NCBI GenBank assembly: GCA_016293005.1
Contig: JAEDFA010000003.1
Span: 3,150-67,149, forward strand
DNA from: Treponema sp.
Lineage (GTDB): Bacteria; Spirochaetota; Spirochaetia; Treponematales; Treponemataceae
DNA length: 64,000 nucleotides
Direction: 5' to 3'
Shown here in pieces: positions 46,127-55,545 of this stretch (positions are counted from its first letter, which is position 1; every line of letters begins with the position of its first letter). The notes beneath the pieces were generated by a model. The model saw nothing but the letters and a program-made list of their open reading frames with translations. It was not told the origin of the DNA and did not search any database. A program made the translations under genes and the position numbers.

Positions 46127-47244
46127 TGCTGATTGTTGCAGAAATTGGAACGAGCCACGAAGGTTCAGAGGAAAAAGCAAAAAAATTGATTGACACGGCG
46201 TTTTCATCGGGTGCTGATGCCGTAAAATTTCAGTGGGTTTATGCAGACGAAATTCTTCATCCAAAAACAGGTTTTGTAGACCTTCCTGGCGGAAAAATTT
46301 CTTTATACGAACGGTTTAAATCTCTTGAGTGTTCGGACGATTTTTTTCTTAAAATGAAAGAATATGCACATTCAAAAAATTTAAAATTCATCTGTTCGCC
46401 GTTCGGATTAAAAAGTCTTGAAAAACTTGTAAAAATTGAGCCTGATTACATAAAAATCGCATCTCCTGAATTAAATCATTTTCCGCTTTTAAAACATCTT
46501 TCAGAATTTCGTGAAAATCAAAAAAGAGCGGGAAAAGAGATGAGCCCTGTAATTATTTCTTCAGGAGTTTCAAAACTTTCTGACATTGAAAAAGCCATTG
46601 AAATTCTTGGGCGACAAAATGTTTTTCTTCTTCACTGCGTGACAAATTATCCTGCTCTTGAAACTGAATACAATCTTAATGTAATTTCAAATTTGAAAAA
46701 TATTTTCGGCATTCCTGTTGGAGTAAGCGATCACAGTATGGATGCAGTTTTAGTTCCGTCGCTTTCAGTCGCTTCTGGTGCCCAGATAATCGAAAAACAT
46801 ATTACTTTGAGCCGGGAATCTTCCGGGCTTGATGATAAAGTTGCTTTAGACGGTGAAATGTTTTCTCTTATGGTTCATTGCGTACGGCAAAGTGATGCGT
46901 GCATGAAGCGATACGGTCTTGAAAAAGGAAAAAGTCAAATTATTTCCCAGCTTTCATCTTCTTACGGAAAAGAAAAAGTTTTAGAGGTTTTAGGTTCCGG
47001 TGTGAAGTTTCTTTCAGACGGTGAAAAAGACAATTACGGAAGAACTAACAGATCCCTTCATTTTATGAAAGATATTCCATCTGGCTCAAAAATTGGTTTT
47101 GATGATGTAAAAGTTTTGCGTACTGAAAAAATTCTTTCGCCTGGAATAAGCCCTGAATTTTATGAAACGGTTATTGGAAAAATTCTTGTAAAAGATGCAA
47201 AGGATGGCGAAGGCGTAACTTTTTCACACTTTTTTAAAGAATGA
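46126..47244 (+). CDS. N-acetylneuraminate synthase family (NeuB/PseI/SpsE-like) with C-terminal SAF domain
   Basis: AEIG.SH.G, VKFQ, KIASPE, LHCVTNYP, GVSDHS, IEKHIT. Confidence 0.9.
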   Translation: MLIVAEIGTSHEGSEEKAKKLIDTAFSSGADAVKFQWVYADEILHPKTGFVDLPGGKISLYERFKSLECSDDFFLKMKEYAHSKNLKFICSPFGLKSLEKLVKIEPDYIKIASPELNHFPLLKHLSEFRENQKRAGKEMSPVIISSGVSKLSDIEKAIEILGRQNVFLLHCVTNYPALETEYNLNVISNLKNIFGIPVGVSDHSMDAVLVPSLSVASGAQIIEKHITLSRESSGLDDKVALDGEMFSLMVHCVRQSDACMKRYGLEKGKSQIISQLSSSYGKEKVLEVLGSGVKFLSDGEKDNYGRTNRSLHFMKDIPSGSKIGFDDVKVLRTEKILSPGISPEFYETVIGKILVKDAKDGEGVTFSHFFKE

Positions 47245-47247
47245 TTT

Positions 47248-48549
47248 TTAAATTACAGTTCCGTCTGGAATTACAACGCCTTTCCTGATTATTACGATTC
47301 CGTCAACATAATAAAAAAGCCCATGGTCTCCGTTTTCATAAGTTTTTCCATCGGCATTTATGCGGATATTTGAACCGATGTGGGCATTTTTGTCGATTAT
47401 GCATTTGTTTATAATGCAGTTGTGCCCGATTCCGATGTCTGGAATTCCCTGTACTTTGTTTAAAAGTTTATCGTTTTTGTTTTCGTAGTAATCTGCGCCC
47501 ATCATTATTACGCCGTTTAGACTTGTTCCGCTTTCAATGAATGACCTTACACCGATTATTGAATGGGTGAGGTTTGCATTTGTGATTACGCATCCTTCTG
47601 AAGTGAGCGTGCAGCTGATGTTGGCGCTGTTTATTTTTGAAGGCGGAAGATTTCTCATGTGGGTATAGATAGGTTCGTCTTCGTCGTAAAAATTGAATCT
47701 CGGATGAAAATTTGTAAGTTCAAGATTTGCATTGTAAAAAGATTTTATAGTTCCGATGTCTTCCCAGTAACCGTCAAAAATGTAGGCATTCATAATGTGG
47801 TTTCCGATTGCATTTGGAATGACTTCTTTTCCAAAATCTTTTGAATCGCTGTTGTTTAAAACTGCTTCAAGAACATGTGCGTCAAAAATATAAATTCCCA
47901 TTGATGCAAGATATTCTTTATCTTCTCCCGGAATGTTTGCTTTTATTTCCTGAGGAATTTTCCAGGCTGAAATGTCTGTGTTTAAAGGCGGTTTTTCTTT
48001 AAATTCTGTAATTCTGTTTGTTTCGTCGATTTTCATGATGCCGTATCGTGATGCCTGCTCGCGGTTTACTACAGTTGTAGCAATTGAAATGCCGGCTCCT
48101 GAGTTTAAATGGCTTATCATAAAATCTTTTAGATTCATTCTGTAAAGCTGATCTCCGCTTAAAATTATGTAGTGCGTCGGGTGCTGTGTTTTAAAATGCT
48201 GAAAACTTTTTCTTACAGAATCTGCCGTTCCTTCATAAAATTTGTCGTTTTCTAGTGTTTGTTCTGCTGCAAGAATTTCTACAAAACCAGAGGAAAATCT
48301 GTCAAAATTGTAAGAATTTGCAATGTGCATGTGAAGAGAAGTTGAATTAAACTGCGTCAAAAGATAGATTTTTTTATACCCTGAGTTTATGCAGTTTGAA
48401 ATCGGAATGTCAACAAGCCTGTATTTTCCACCGAATGAAACAGCAGGTTTTGCTCTTTCTTTTGTAAGAGGATATAATCTTGTGCCTTTTCCGCCGCCTA
48501 AAATAAGGCATACGACTTTTGGTTTAATTCGTTCTATGCTTATTGCCAT
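47248..48549 (-). CDS. glgC: Glucose-1-phosphate adenylyltransferase
   Basis: GGGKGTRLYPLT.ERAKPAV.FGG.YRL.DIP.SN, GTAD, SGDQLYRM, YWEDIGT. Confidence 0.96.
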   Translation of the reverse strand: MAISIERIKPKVVCLILGGGKGTRLYPLTKERAKPAVSFGGKYRLVDIPISNCINSGYKKIYLLTQFNSTSLHMHIANSYNFDRFSSGFVEILAAEQTLENDKFYEGTADSVRKSFQHFKTQHPTHYIILSGDQLYRMNLKDFMISHLNSGAGISIATTVVNREQASRYGIMKIDETNRITEFKEKPPLNTDISAWKIPQEIKANIPGEDKEYLASMGIYIFDAHVLEAVLNNSDSKDFGKEVIPNAIGNHIMNAYIFDGYWEDIGTIKSFYNANLELTNFHPRFNFYDEDEPIYTHMRNLPPSKINSANISCTLTSEGCVITNANLTHSIIGVRSFIESGTSLNGVIMMGADYYENKNDKLLNKVQGIPDIGIGHNCIINKCIIDKNAHIGSNIRINADGKTYENGDHGLFYYVDGIVIIRKGVVIPDGTVI

Positions 48550-48556
48550 TAAAAAT

Positions 48557-48585
48557 ATTATAATCCTAAATCTATGAAAACTCAA
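48557..48585 (-). promoter_or_regulatory. sigma70-like promoter TTGAGT-N17-TATAAT, 7 nt before glgC ATG (leaderless candidate)
   Basis: Perfect -10, 17-bp spacer. Confidence 0.65.
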
Positions 48586-48721
48586 ATTAATAATATCGAT
48601 TTTAAAATATAGTTAAAATGAATTTTATGCTTTTTTAATAAAAATTGTTTATGGAAAATTTTCAATCGGTATATTTTAAAAATAGATAAAGCCTTTTTTG
48701 TCTGTCCTTTTTTAGATTCTT

Positions 48722-48749
48722 CTAATCTTAGAAAATGAAAAACCGATAA
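48722..48749 (+). promoter_or_regulatory. sigma28-like promoter CTAAT-N15-ACCGATAA of the flagellar rod operon
   Basis: Matches TAAA-N15-GCCGATAA consensus with one mismatch per box; upstream of flagellar genes. Confidence 0.7.
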
Positions 48750-48822
48750 TTTATACAAAGACATTTAGTAAAATTTTTAATGTCATTTGTTTTAATTCTG
48801 GTGGGATAAAACAGGGGGAAAA

Positions 48823-49620
48823 ATGATTAGAGGATTTTATATCGGTGCATCTGGAATGAATGCTCAGCAAAACAGACTTGATGCAATATCAAATAATCTT
48901 GCAAATGTTGATACAGTCGGTTACAAAAAAGATGTTACATCATCAAAGGCTTTCTCAGAACTTTTAATCCGAAGAGCAAATTTTGATGGCGTTTATAAAA
49001 CAGAAATAGGAAGTTTTGATACGGCTCCGATAATCGGAAAACTCGGTCTTGGCGTTGAAACAAACGAAAATTTTACTGATTTTTCGCAAGGTTCTTTCAG
49101 GCAGACAGGTTCAAATGTAGATTTTGCATTTTCTGGAAAAGGTTTTTTTGCAGTTGAAACGCCTTATGGTGAAAAATATACGCGCGATGGAAATTTTATT
49201 CTTGGGAAAGAAGGAATTCTTCTTACAAAAGAAGGTTATCCTGTTTTAGGCGAAAACGGTTATATTCATATTGACGACGACAAAATTACTGTAAATGAAG
49301 ACGGAATGATTTATTCAGAAGAAAATAACGAAGAACTTGCAAGATTTAAAGTTGTTCGCTTTGATAATGAACGCTATCTTCAGAAAATGGGTGGAAATCT
49401 CTACCAGAAAACAAATATTTCAGGTGAGCCTCATATTGCTGAAGGAAGTGAACGGCCAAAATTTTTGCAGGGCTTTCTTGAAACATCAAATGTAAATGTT
49501 GTAAATGAAATGGTTCAGATGATTGAAGTAAATCGTGCTTATGAGGCAAATCAGAAGACTATTACAAGTGAAGAATCGATGATGAGTACACTTTGGACAA
49601 AAACTGCTGTATTAAAGTAA
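48823..49620 (+). CDS. flgF: Flagellar basal-body rod protein FlgF (FlgG-like paralogue)
   Basis: ISNNLANVDT.GYK, YTRDGNF, LETSNVNVVNEMV.MI...RAYEAN. Confidence 0.85.
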   Translation: MIRGFYIGASGMNAQQNRLDAISNNLANVDTVGYKKDVTSSKAFSELLIRRANFDGVYKTEIGSFDTAPIIGKLGLGVETNENFTDFSQGSFRQTGSNVDFAFSGKGFFAVETPYGEKYTRDGNFILGKEGILLTKEGYPVLGENGYIHIDDDKITVNEDGMIYSEENNEELARFKVVRFDNERYLQKMGGNLYQKTNISGEPHIAEGSERPKFLQGFLETSNVNVVNEMVQMIEVNRAYEANQKTITSEESMMSTLWTKTAVLK

Positions 49621-49661
49621 GTTTTTAAGCCGTAGAAAAAAATTGTAAGTGAGGAAACATT

Positions 49662-50456
49662 ATGGTAAGAAGTTTATGGACAGCTGCAACAGGAATGAAC
49701 GGACAGCAGGCAAATATCGATGCAATTTCAAATAACCTTTCAAATGTTAATACTACAGGTTTTAAACAGCAGCGCGTAGAATTTGAAGATTTAATTTATC
49801 AGAATTTAAAACTTGCAGGAACTCCTGCAACAGAAGATACTGTAACTCCGGTTGGAATTCAGCAGGGAACTGGTGTAAAACTTGCCGCTACTCAAAGAAT
49901 TATGACTCAGGGTTCTTTGCAGAATACTGGAGTTGATACAGATGTCGCAATCGTCGGTGAAGGATTTTTTCGTGTTCAAAAATATGACGGAAGTTATGCC
50001 TATACTCGAGACGGAAGTTTTAAAGTTGATTCAACAGGTCAGTTTGTAAATTCAAACGGTTTACGCCTTCAGCCTGAAATAATTTTACCGGAAGGTTTTG
50101 ATGTTTCAACATTGCAGATTAGTCAGGACGGAAGAGTTAGCGTAAAAATAAACGGTCAGAATGAACCTGTTGAGGTAGGTCAGCTTGAACTTTTCAGATT
50201 TCCGAATGCAGTAGGACTCCAAGCCGAAGGAGATAATCTTTATAAAGTGACAAATGCAAGCGGTCAGGCTATTGGCGGTCGTCCTGGTTTAGAAGGTTTC
50301 GGTCAGACGCGTCACAAATTTCTTGAACTTTCAAATGTTTCTGTTGTAAACGAAATGGTTCAGATGATTGTTGCTCAGCGTGCTTACGAGTTTAATTCAA
50401 AGGCAATTCAGACTTCTGATAATATGCTCAGTACAGCTGTAAATTTAAAACGATAA
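49662..50456 (+). CDS. flgG: Flagellar basal-body rod protein FlgG
   Basis: MVRSLWTAATGM, NNLSNVNTTGFK, FEDLIYQ, QRAYEFNSKAIQTSD. Confidence 0.95.
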   Translation: MVRSLWTAATGMNGQQANIDAISNNLSNVNTTGFKQQRVEFEDLIYQNLKLAGTPATEDTVTPVGIQQGTGVKLAATQRIMTQGSLQNTGVDTDVAIVGEGFFRVQKYDGSYAYTRDGSFKVDSTGQFVNSNGLRLQPEIILPEGFDVSTLQISQDGRVSVKINGQNEPVEVGQLELFRFPNAVGLQAEGDNLYKVTNASGQAIGGRPGLEGFGQTRHKFLELSNVSVVNEMVQMIVAQRAYEFNSKAIQTSDNMLSTAVNLKR

Positions 50457-50480
50457 CTAATTAGGTAGAAGGTAAACGAT

Positions 50481-50993
50481 ATGATTCAAGGGCTTGTTTC
50501 AGGTTTTTCAAGCATTACAAAAGGTGATTTTCAAGTTTCAAAAGCGACATTAAATAAAGAAAACACAGAATTTCAGGATTTGGTAAACCGCTTGAAATCA
50601 GAAAAAAAAGAACACAAAAATTTTGTTTCTTCTTCCCAGATTCTAGCGAACGGAAAAATAAATGGAGATGTTCGTTCAAGCTTTCACGGATTTTCGACTG
50701 ATAAAAATGCGCTTCCAAAAGGGGCTGCGTTAAATCAGTCTGGAGTTCACGGTGAAAAAAGAACTATCGATAAAACTTCTGCACTTTATGAAAAATCTAT
50801 GGAACTTGAATGTTTTTTTGTAAAACAGGTTCTTCAAAGTATGAAAAATACAGTTCATAAATCAGGTCTTTTTAAAAATGATTTTGCTGGAAAAATGTAT
50901 GAAGATATGCTTTATGATGAATACGCTGTAAATTTTACTAAAAACGCAGGTCTTGGACTTGCAGACCAGATTTATTTGAGTTTGGAAAAATAA
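50481..50993 (+). CDS. flgJ: Rod-binding protein (FlgJ N-terminal-like, no muramidase domain)
   Basis: ELE.FFVKQ.L.SMK.TV...MYEDMLYDEYA...GLGLADQIY..L; follows flgG. Confidence 0.8.
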   Translation: MIQGLVSGFSSITKGDFQVSKATLNKENTEFQDLVNRLKSEKKEHKNFVSSSQILANGKINGDVRSSFHGFSTDKNALPKGAALNQSGVHGEKRTIDKTSALYEKSMELECFFVKQVLQSMKNTVHKSGLFKNDFAGKMYEDMLYDEYAVNFTKNAGLGLADQIYLSLEK

Positions 50994-51012
50994 TTTCAAA
51001 AATAATTTCAAA

Positions 51013-51041
51013 TTGTATATGTTTTTCATTTGTGTTATAAT
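51013..51041 (+). promoter_or_regulatory. sigma70-like promoter TTGTAT-N17-TATAAT with extended TG, 9 nt before murC ATG
   Basis: Motif spacing. Confidence 0.6.
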
Positions 51042-51050
51042 CGATTTACT

Positions 51051-52553
51051 ATGATTGAAAATTTACCAGACAATTTAAATGGAATCCATATACATTTTGT
51101 AGGAATAAAAGGCACTGGAATGGCGGCACTGGTTGAAATTCTTTTTCATGCCGGCGCTATCATTACCGGAAGTGATGTTGAAGAAAGGTTTTATACAGAC
51201 GAAATCCTTGAAAATCTTAACATAAAACCGCTTGCGTTTTCAGAAAAAAATATTACTTCAGAAATTCAATATGTAATTTATTCTTCAGCGTATAAAAAAG
51301 ACAAAAATCCAGATTTAATCGAAGCGGTAAGAAAAAATATTCCGTGCCTTCTTTATACACAGGCATTAGGTTCTTACAGTAAAAAGAATTATTCATGCGG
51401 AATCTGTGGCGTTCACGGAAAAACTTCAACAACTGGACTTACTGGAACGATTTTAAAAAATCTTCCGCTACCTTTTCAGGTTCTTGCCGGGAGCGTAATA
51501 AATTCTTTCGGAAATCACTGCACATTTACATCAGAAAATATTAATCAAAGCAAAAACCGAATTTTTGTTGCAGAAACATGTGAATATCAAAAGCATTTTA
51601 TGTCGTTTTTCCCAAAAAAAATCATTTTAACTTCGGTAGAACCAGATCATCAGGATTTTTATCCCACATACAATGATATTTTAAATGCTTTTGTAGAATA
51701 TGTTTTAAAACTTCCGCAAAATGGAACTTTAATTTTCTGTGCAGATGACAAAGGTGCCTTTGAAGTTTATCAAAAAGTAAAAGTTTTGCGCCCTGATATT
51801 GATTTTATTCCGTATGGAGAAAATGCTTCTGGAGATTTCCATTTAAATTTTCTTGGCATAAAAGACGAAAAAAACAATTTTGAAATTCAGTTTTTTAAAA
51901 ATTCAGGTTTCAAGGAATTTTCACTTTCGGTTCCTGGCCGTCATGAAGTTTTAGATGCCTGTGCATCTGTTTGTTTAGTCTGTTCACTTTTAAAAGAATT
52001 CGGTTTTAAGCTGGAAGATTTTTACTCTCAAATTTCAAGTGCGCTTTTAACTTTTTCAGGCGGGAAAAGGCGTAGTGAAATCGTCGGTAAAATTCCTTTA
52101 AAAAATAATAAAAATGTTATCGTAATCGATGATTATGCCCATCATCCTACAGCTATCAGAACGACTCTTCAAGGTTTTAAAGAATTTTATAAAGGCCGCA
52201 GGATTATCGTTGATTTTATGAGCCATACTTATTCAAGGACTTTGTCTTTGCTCAAAGAATTTGCTTCATCTTTTGGTTGTGCTGATGAAATTTATCTTCA
52301 CAAAATATATTCGTCTGCCCGCGAAAATCCTTCAGATTTTGACATTTCAGGAAAAACTCTTTACGACGAAGTTTTAAAAACTGGCGTTAAAAAAGAAAAT
52401 GTTCATTATTTTGAAGAACCTCTTTCAGCGCTTCCTTCAGTTATAAAAAGTATTTCTTCATCGCAGGATGATTTTCCAGACGGGTTTCTTTTTGTTACAA
52501 TGGGTGCAGGTGACAATTGGAAACTTGGAAAGGCTCTTATTGAGAAGTTTTAA
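51051..52553 (+). CDS. murC: UDP-N-acetylmuramate--L-alanine ligase
   Basis: HFVGIKGTGM, GVHGKTSTT, DHQD, DDYAHHPT, HTYSRT, MGAGD. Confidence 0.95.
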   Translation: MIENLPDNLNGIHIHFVGIKGTGMAALVEILFHAGAIITGSDVEERFYTDEILENLNIKPLAFSEKNITSEIQYVIYSSAYKKDKNPDLIEAVRKNIPCLLYTQALGSYSKKNYSCGICGVHGKTSTTGLTGTILKNLPLPFQVLAGSVINSFGNHCTFTSENINQSKNRIFVAETCEYQKHFMSFFPKKIILTSVEPDHQDFYPTYNDILNAFVEYVLKLPQNGTLIFCADDKGAFEVYQKVKVLRPDIDFIPYGENASGDFHLNFLGIKDEKNNFEIQFFKNSGFKEFSLSVPGRHEVLDACASVCLVCSLLKEFGFKLEDFYSQISSALLTFSGGKRRSEIVGKIPLKNNKNVIVIDDYAHHPTAIRTTLQGFKEFYKGRRIIVDFMSHTYSRTLSLLKEFASSFGCADEIYLHKIYSSARENPSDFDISGKTLYDEVLKTGVKKENVHYFEEPLSALPSVIKSISSSQDDFPDGFLFVTMGAGDNWKLGKALIEKF

Positions 52554-53805
52554 GGCGGAATGCAGACACTTCAAGAACTTTTTTTACAGTCGATTTTAAA
52601 ACTTTAAAAATATAGCCTGAATACTCAAATTCTTTTCCAACAGACGGAATTTCTCCAAGATATTCGATTATCCAGCCGCTTACAGTGCTTGCATCAAAAT
52701 TTTCTGATTTTTCACTTTCGATTTCAAGAACTTTAAACGCTTTTTCAAGCTGCTCATTTCCGTCAAAAATGTAGTGACCTTCCTGAATTTTTTTGTGGAA
52801 AGACAGTTCTTCATCGTGTTCATCGTAAATTTCACCTACGAGTTCTTCAAGAATATCTTCAATTGTGACGATTCCTAAAGTTCCGCCGTATTCATCTAGA
52901 ACAATTGCCATTTGAATGCGTTTTTTTTGGAGCGTTTTGAGAAGCTTTGAAATTTTTGTGTGCTGTGTCGTAAAATACGCATCCTGAACGATTTGTGAAA
53001 ATTCGCCTTTATTTGAAATGTAGAAATTGTAAAAATCTTTTTCGTGGATTATTCCGACTATCGAATCTATGGATTGTTTGTAAACGGGAAGCCGTGAAAA
53101 GCCTGACTGTTCGAATGTGTTTTTTATTTCTGAAATATCTGATGAAATTTCTACTGCTGAAATATTTACGCGTGGTGTTAAAATGTCTTCAACTTCAAGG
53201 TCGTCAAATTCGATAACTGATCTTATGAGTTCTGTTTCGTCTTTTTTTAATGTTCCGTCTTCTTCCGCTTCTTCAACGAATGTCATGATTTCATCTTCAG
53301 TTATAATGTCTTCAGATTTTGTCTTGAAAATTTTTGAAATTATAAAGTTCCAGCCAGAAAAAAGAAAACTTAATGGTTTTAAAATCCAGTAAAAAAACAG
53401 AATGACAGGGTAGAAGAACATTGAGATTTTTTCAGGATAAGTTTTTGCAAGATTTTTTGGAATTATTTCCCCAAAAATTAAAACGACTACAGTAATTACG
53501 GCTGTTGCAGCGACAGTTGAATCAATTTTTGCATTTATGAGAATTTTTGCAAAGAAAAGCGTTGAAATCGCCGAGGCTGAAAGGTTTACTATGTTGTTCC
53601 CTATTAAGACGGTGTTGATTAATTTGTCTAATTTGTTTTCTATAAAGTGAAGGACTTTTCCGGCTCGTTTATTGCCGTTTGTGTTTAATGTTTTTAATTT
53701 AATTTTTGATGCGCAAGTAAAAGCTGTTTCTGTTGCTGAAAAAAATCCTGAAAAAATTACAAGGATTATTAAAGGAATGAGTAAGGACCAGGACCCCGCG
53801 GGCAT
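52537..53805 (-). CDS. Hemolysin/CNNM-family protein (DUF21 + CBS + CorC)
   Basis: SGFFSATETA, LIGNN, FGEI.PK, SRLPVY, DEYGGT.GIVT.EDILEELVGEI.DE.D. Confidence 0.92.
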   Translation of the reverse strand: MPAGSWSLLIPLIILVIFSGFFSATETAFTCASKIKLKTLNTNGNKRAGKVLHFIENKLDKLINTVLIGNNIVNLSASAISTLFFAKILINAKIDSTVAATAVITVVVLIFGEIIPKNLAKTYPEKISMFFYPVILFFYWILKPLSFLFSGWNFIISKIFKTKSEDIITEDEIMTFVEEAEEDGTLKKDETELIRSVIEFDDLEVEDILTPRVNISAVEISSDISEIKNTFEQSGFSRLPVYKQSIDSIVGIIHEKDFYNFYISNKGEFSQIVQDAYFTTQHTKISKLLKTLQKKRIQMAIVLDEYGGTLGIVTIEDILEELVGEIYDEHDEELSFHKKIQEGHYIFDGNEQLEKAFKVLEIESEKSENFDASTVSGWIIEYLGEIPSVGKEFEYSGYIFKVLKSTVKKVLEVSAFRLKTSQ

Positions 53806-53895
53806 AAATCACCTCGAAAAAAGAATAAGGGAACATAAAGTTCTCTTTGAAAAATAGTATTTTTGTTCTTTAAAATATAACACATAATATTGTTC

Positions 53896-53924
53896 TTGTC
53901 ATTATTTTCTATAATTTGTAAAAT
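53896..53924 (+). promoter_or_regulatory. sigma70-like promoter TTGTCA-N17-TAAAAT for yicC
   Basis: Motif spacing; implies a leader of about 97 nt. Confidence 0.55.
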
Positions 53925-54027
53925 ATAAAATATGGGCTTTTAAAAGTTTGATTTCTCGATTTTTTAAGGTTCCATTTATAAAAAAAATGCGTGGAATCTT
54001 CACGCAAATAAAAATCAGGAAATTTTT

Positions 54028-54894
54028 ATGACATCAATGACAGGTTATTCTTATTCAGAAAAAAATTATGAAAATTCTATTGTTTCCGTAGAAATAAAAT
54101 CAGTTAATTCTCGGTTTTTAGATCTTTCAATAAATCTTCCGCCATATTTAAATTCTTTAGAAAGTTTTTTCCGTTCCTGCGTGTGTGAAAAGGTAGTTCG
54201 TGGAAAAGTTGATGTAAATATCCGCATAAAAGAACTTTCTTCAGATGTTCAAATTGATGCAGATGTATCTTTAGCATCGGCGTATCTTTCTGCAATAAAA
54301 AAAATTGCTTCTACTCAAGGTGTTTCTCAGGAAATTCCGTTAAGCCTTATAATAAGTCAGCCCGGTGTTCTTACTGTAAATAAAAATTACGATGTTGAAA
54401 AATATAAGTCATTGATTCTTCCGGTTTTTACAGAAGCGCTTGAAAATTTTATTTCAGACAGAAAAAGGGAAGGAGAAAATTTAAAAAATGACCTCCTTTC
54501 TAAACTTTCAAAACTTGAAGAATGTGCAGAATTTTTTAAATCTTTTCAGCCTAAAATGGAAAATCTTTTCAAAGAAACTATCATTCAAAAATTTAAGGAA
54601 CTTCTTTTAGAAAAATATGATGAAAACCGCGTTATGCAGGAAGTTGCATCTCTTTTAGTGAAATATACAATTAATGAAGAAATCGTGCGACTTTCAAGTC
54701 ATCTTTCTGCAATGAAAAACGAAATTTTAATGAACGCGCAGCCAGGAAAAAAACTTGATTTTTTGTGTCAGGAAATAAATCGTGAAATAAATACAATAGG
54801 AAGTAAAAATCAGTTCTCGGAAGTAAGTGAAGTTGTCATAACTGCAAAAGATTCCATTGAAAATATCCGTGAACAGGCAAAAAATGTTGAATAA
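54028..54894 (+). CDS. yicC: YicC/YloC family endoribonuclease
   Basis: SMTGY, EIKSVNSRFLD, EEIVRL.SH, GKKLDFL.QE.NRE.NTIGSK, IREQ..NVE. Confidence 0.93.
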   Translation: MTSMTGYSYSEKNYENSIVSVEIKSVNSRFLDLSINLPPYLNSLESFFRSCVCEKVVRGKVDVNIRIKELSSDVQIDADVSLASAYLSAIKKIASTQGVSQEIPLSLIISQPGVLTVNKNYDVEKYKSLILPVFTEALENFISDRKREGENLKNDLLSKLSKLEECAEFFKSFQPKMENLFKETIIQKFKELLLEKYDENRVMQEVASLLVKYTINEEIVRLSSHLSAMKNEILMNAQPGKKLDFLCQEINREINTIGSKNQFSEVSEVVITAKDSIENIREQAKNVE

Positions 54895-54929
54895 GTAAGA
54901 GAAAGTTTAAAAATCTGGAGGTAAATTAT

Positions 54930-55487
54930 ATGTTTAAAATATGTTCAGAAAAAGGTCTTAGAATTGCAATAAGCGGAAAATCAGGTTGCGGAAACACGAC
55001 TGTAAGTACTTTACTTTCAAAAACGCTTGGAATTGAATTAATAAATTACACTTTCAGGCAGCTTGCGCAGGAAAAAGGCTTAACTCTTTCCCAGGTAATC
55101 GAAAACGCAAAAACAGACGACAGTTATGATAAATATGTCGATTCTCATCAGGTCTTTCTTGCAGAAAAATCATCATGCGTGCTTGGAAGCCGCCTTGCAA
55201 TCTGGATGCTTAAAAATGCTGATTTAAAAATTTATCTGAAACTTGATGATGACACTCGTGCAGAACGAATTTATAACCGTGAAGGCGGTGATTTACAACA
55301 AATAAAAGAATTTACTAAGATGCGTGACAGCGAAGATTCTCGAAGATACATGAAACTTTATGGGATTGATAACAGCGATTTAACTTTTGCCGATTTAGTA
55401 ATTGATACAAAAACAAACAACCCGGAACAGATTGTAAAAATAATTTTGGACGAGCTAAAAAAAAGGAAATTAATCTGTGAAGAATAA
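54930..55487 (+). CDS. Cytidylate-kinase-like protein (short, archaeal-type Cmk family)
   Basis: IAISGKSGCGNTT P-loop variant, SRLA.W, RA.RI..REG, RY..LYGID. Confidence 0.8.
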   Translation: MFKICSEKGLRIAISGKSGCGNTTVSTLLSKTLGIELINYTFRQLAQEKGLTLSQVIENAKTDDSYDKYVDSHQVFLAEKSSCVLGSRLAIWMLKNADLKIYLKLDDDTRAERIYNREGGDLQQIKEFTKMRDSEDSRRYMKLYGIDNSDLTFADLVIDTKTNNPEQIVKIILDELKKRKLICEE

Positions 55488-55527
55488 AAAAAAACGCTTT
55501 AAGCCGTTTGGCCTAAAGCGTTTTTTT
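55488..55527. terminator. Bidirectional terminator
   Basis: A7-CGCTTTAAGCC GTTT GGCCTAAAGCG-T7. Confidence 0.8.
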
Positions 55528-55545
55528 ATAACTTAGAGAGTGTTT

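Noticed and set aside
48663..48690. sigma28-like box (ACCGATTG) facing glgC
   Set aside because: Poor -10 and no matching -35; a better sigma70-like promoter lies next to the start
50988..51012. Short duplication AAATAATTTCAA x2 after flgJ
   Set aside because: Short, very AT-rich, plausible by chance or trivial slippage
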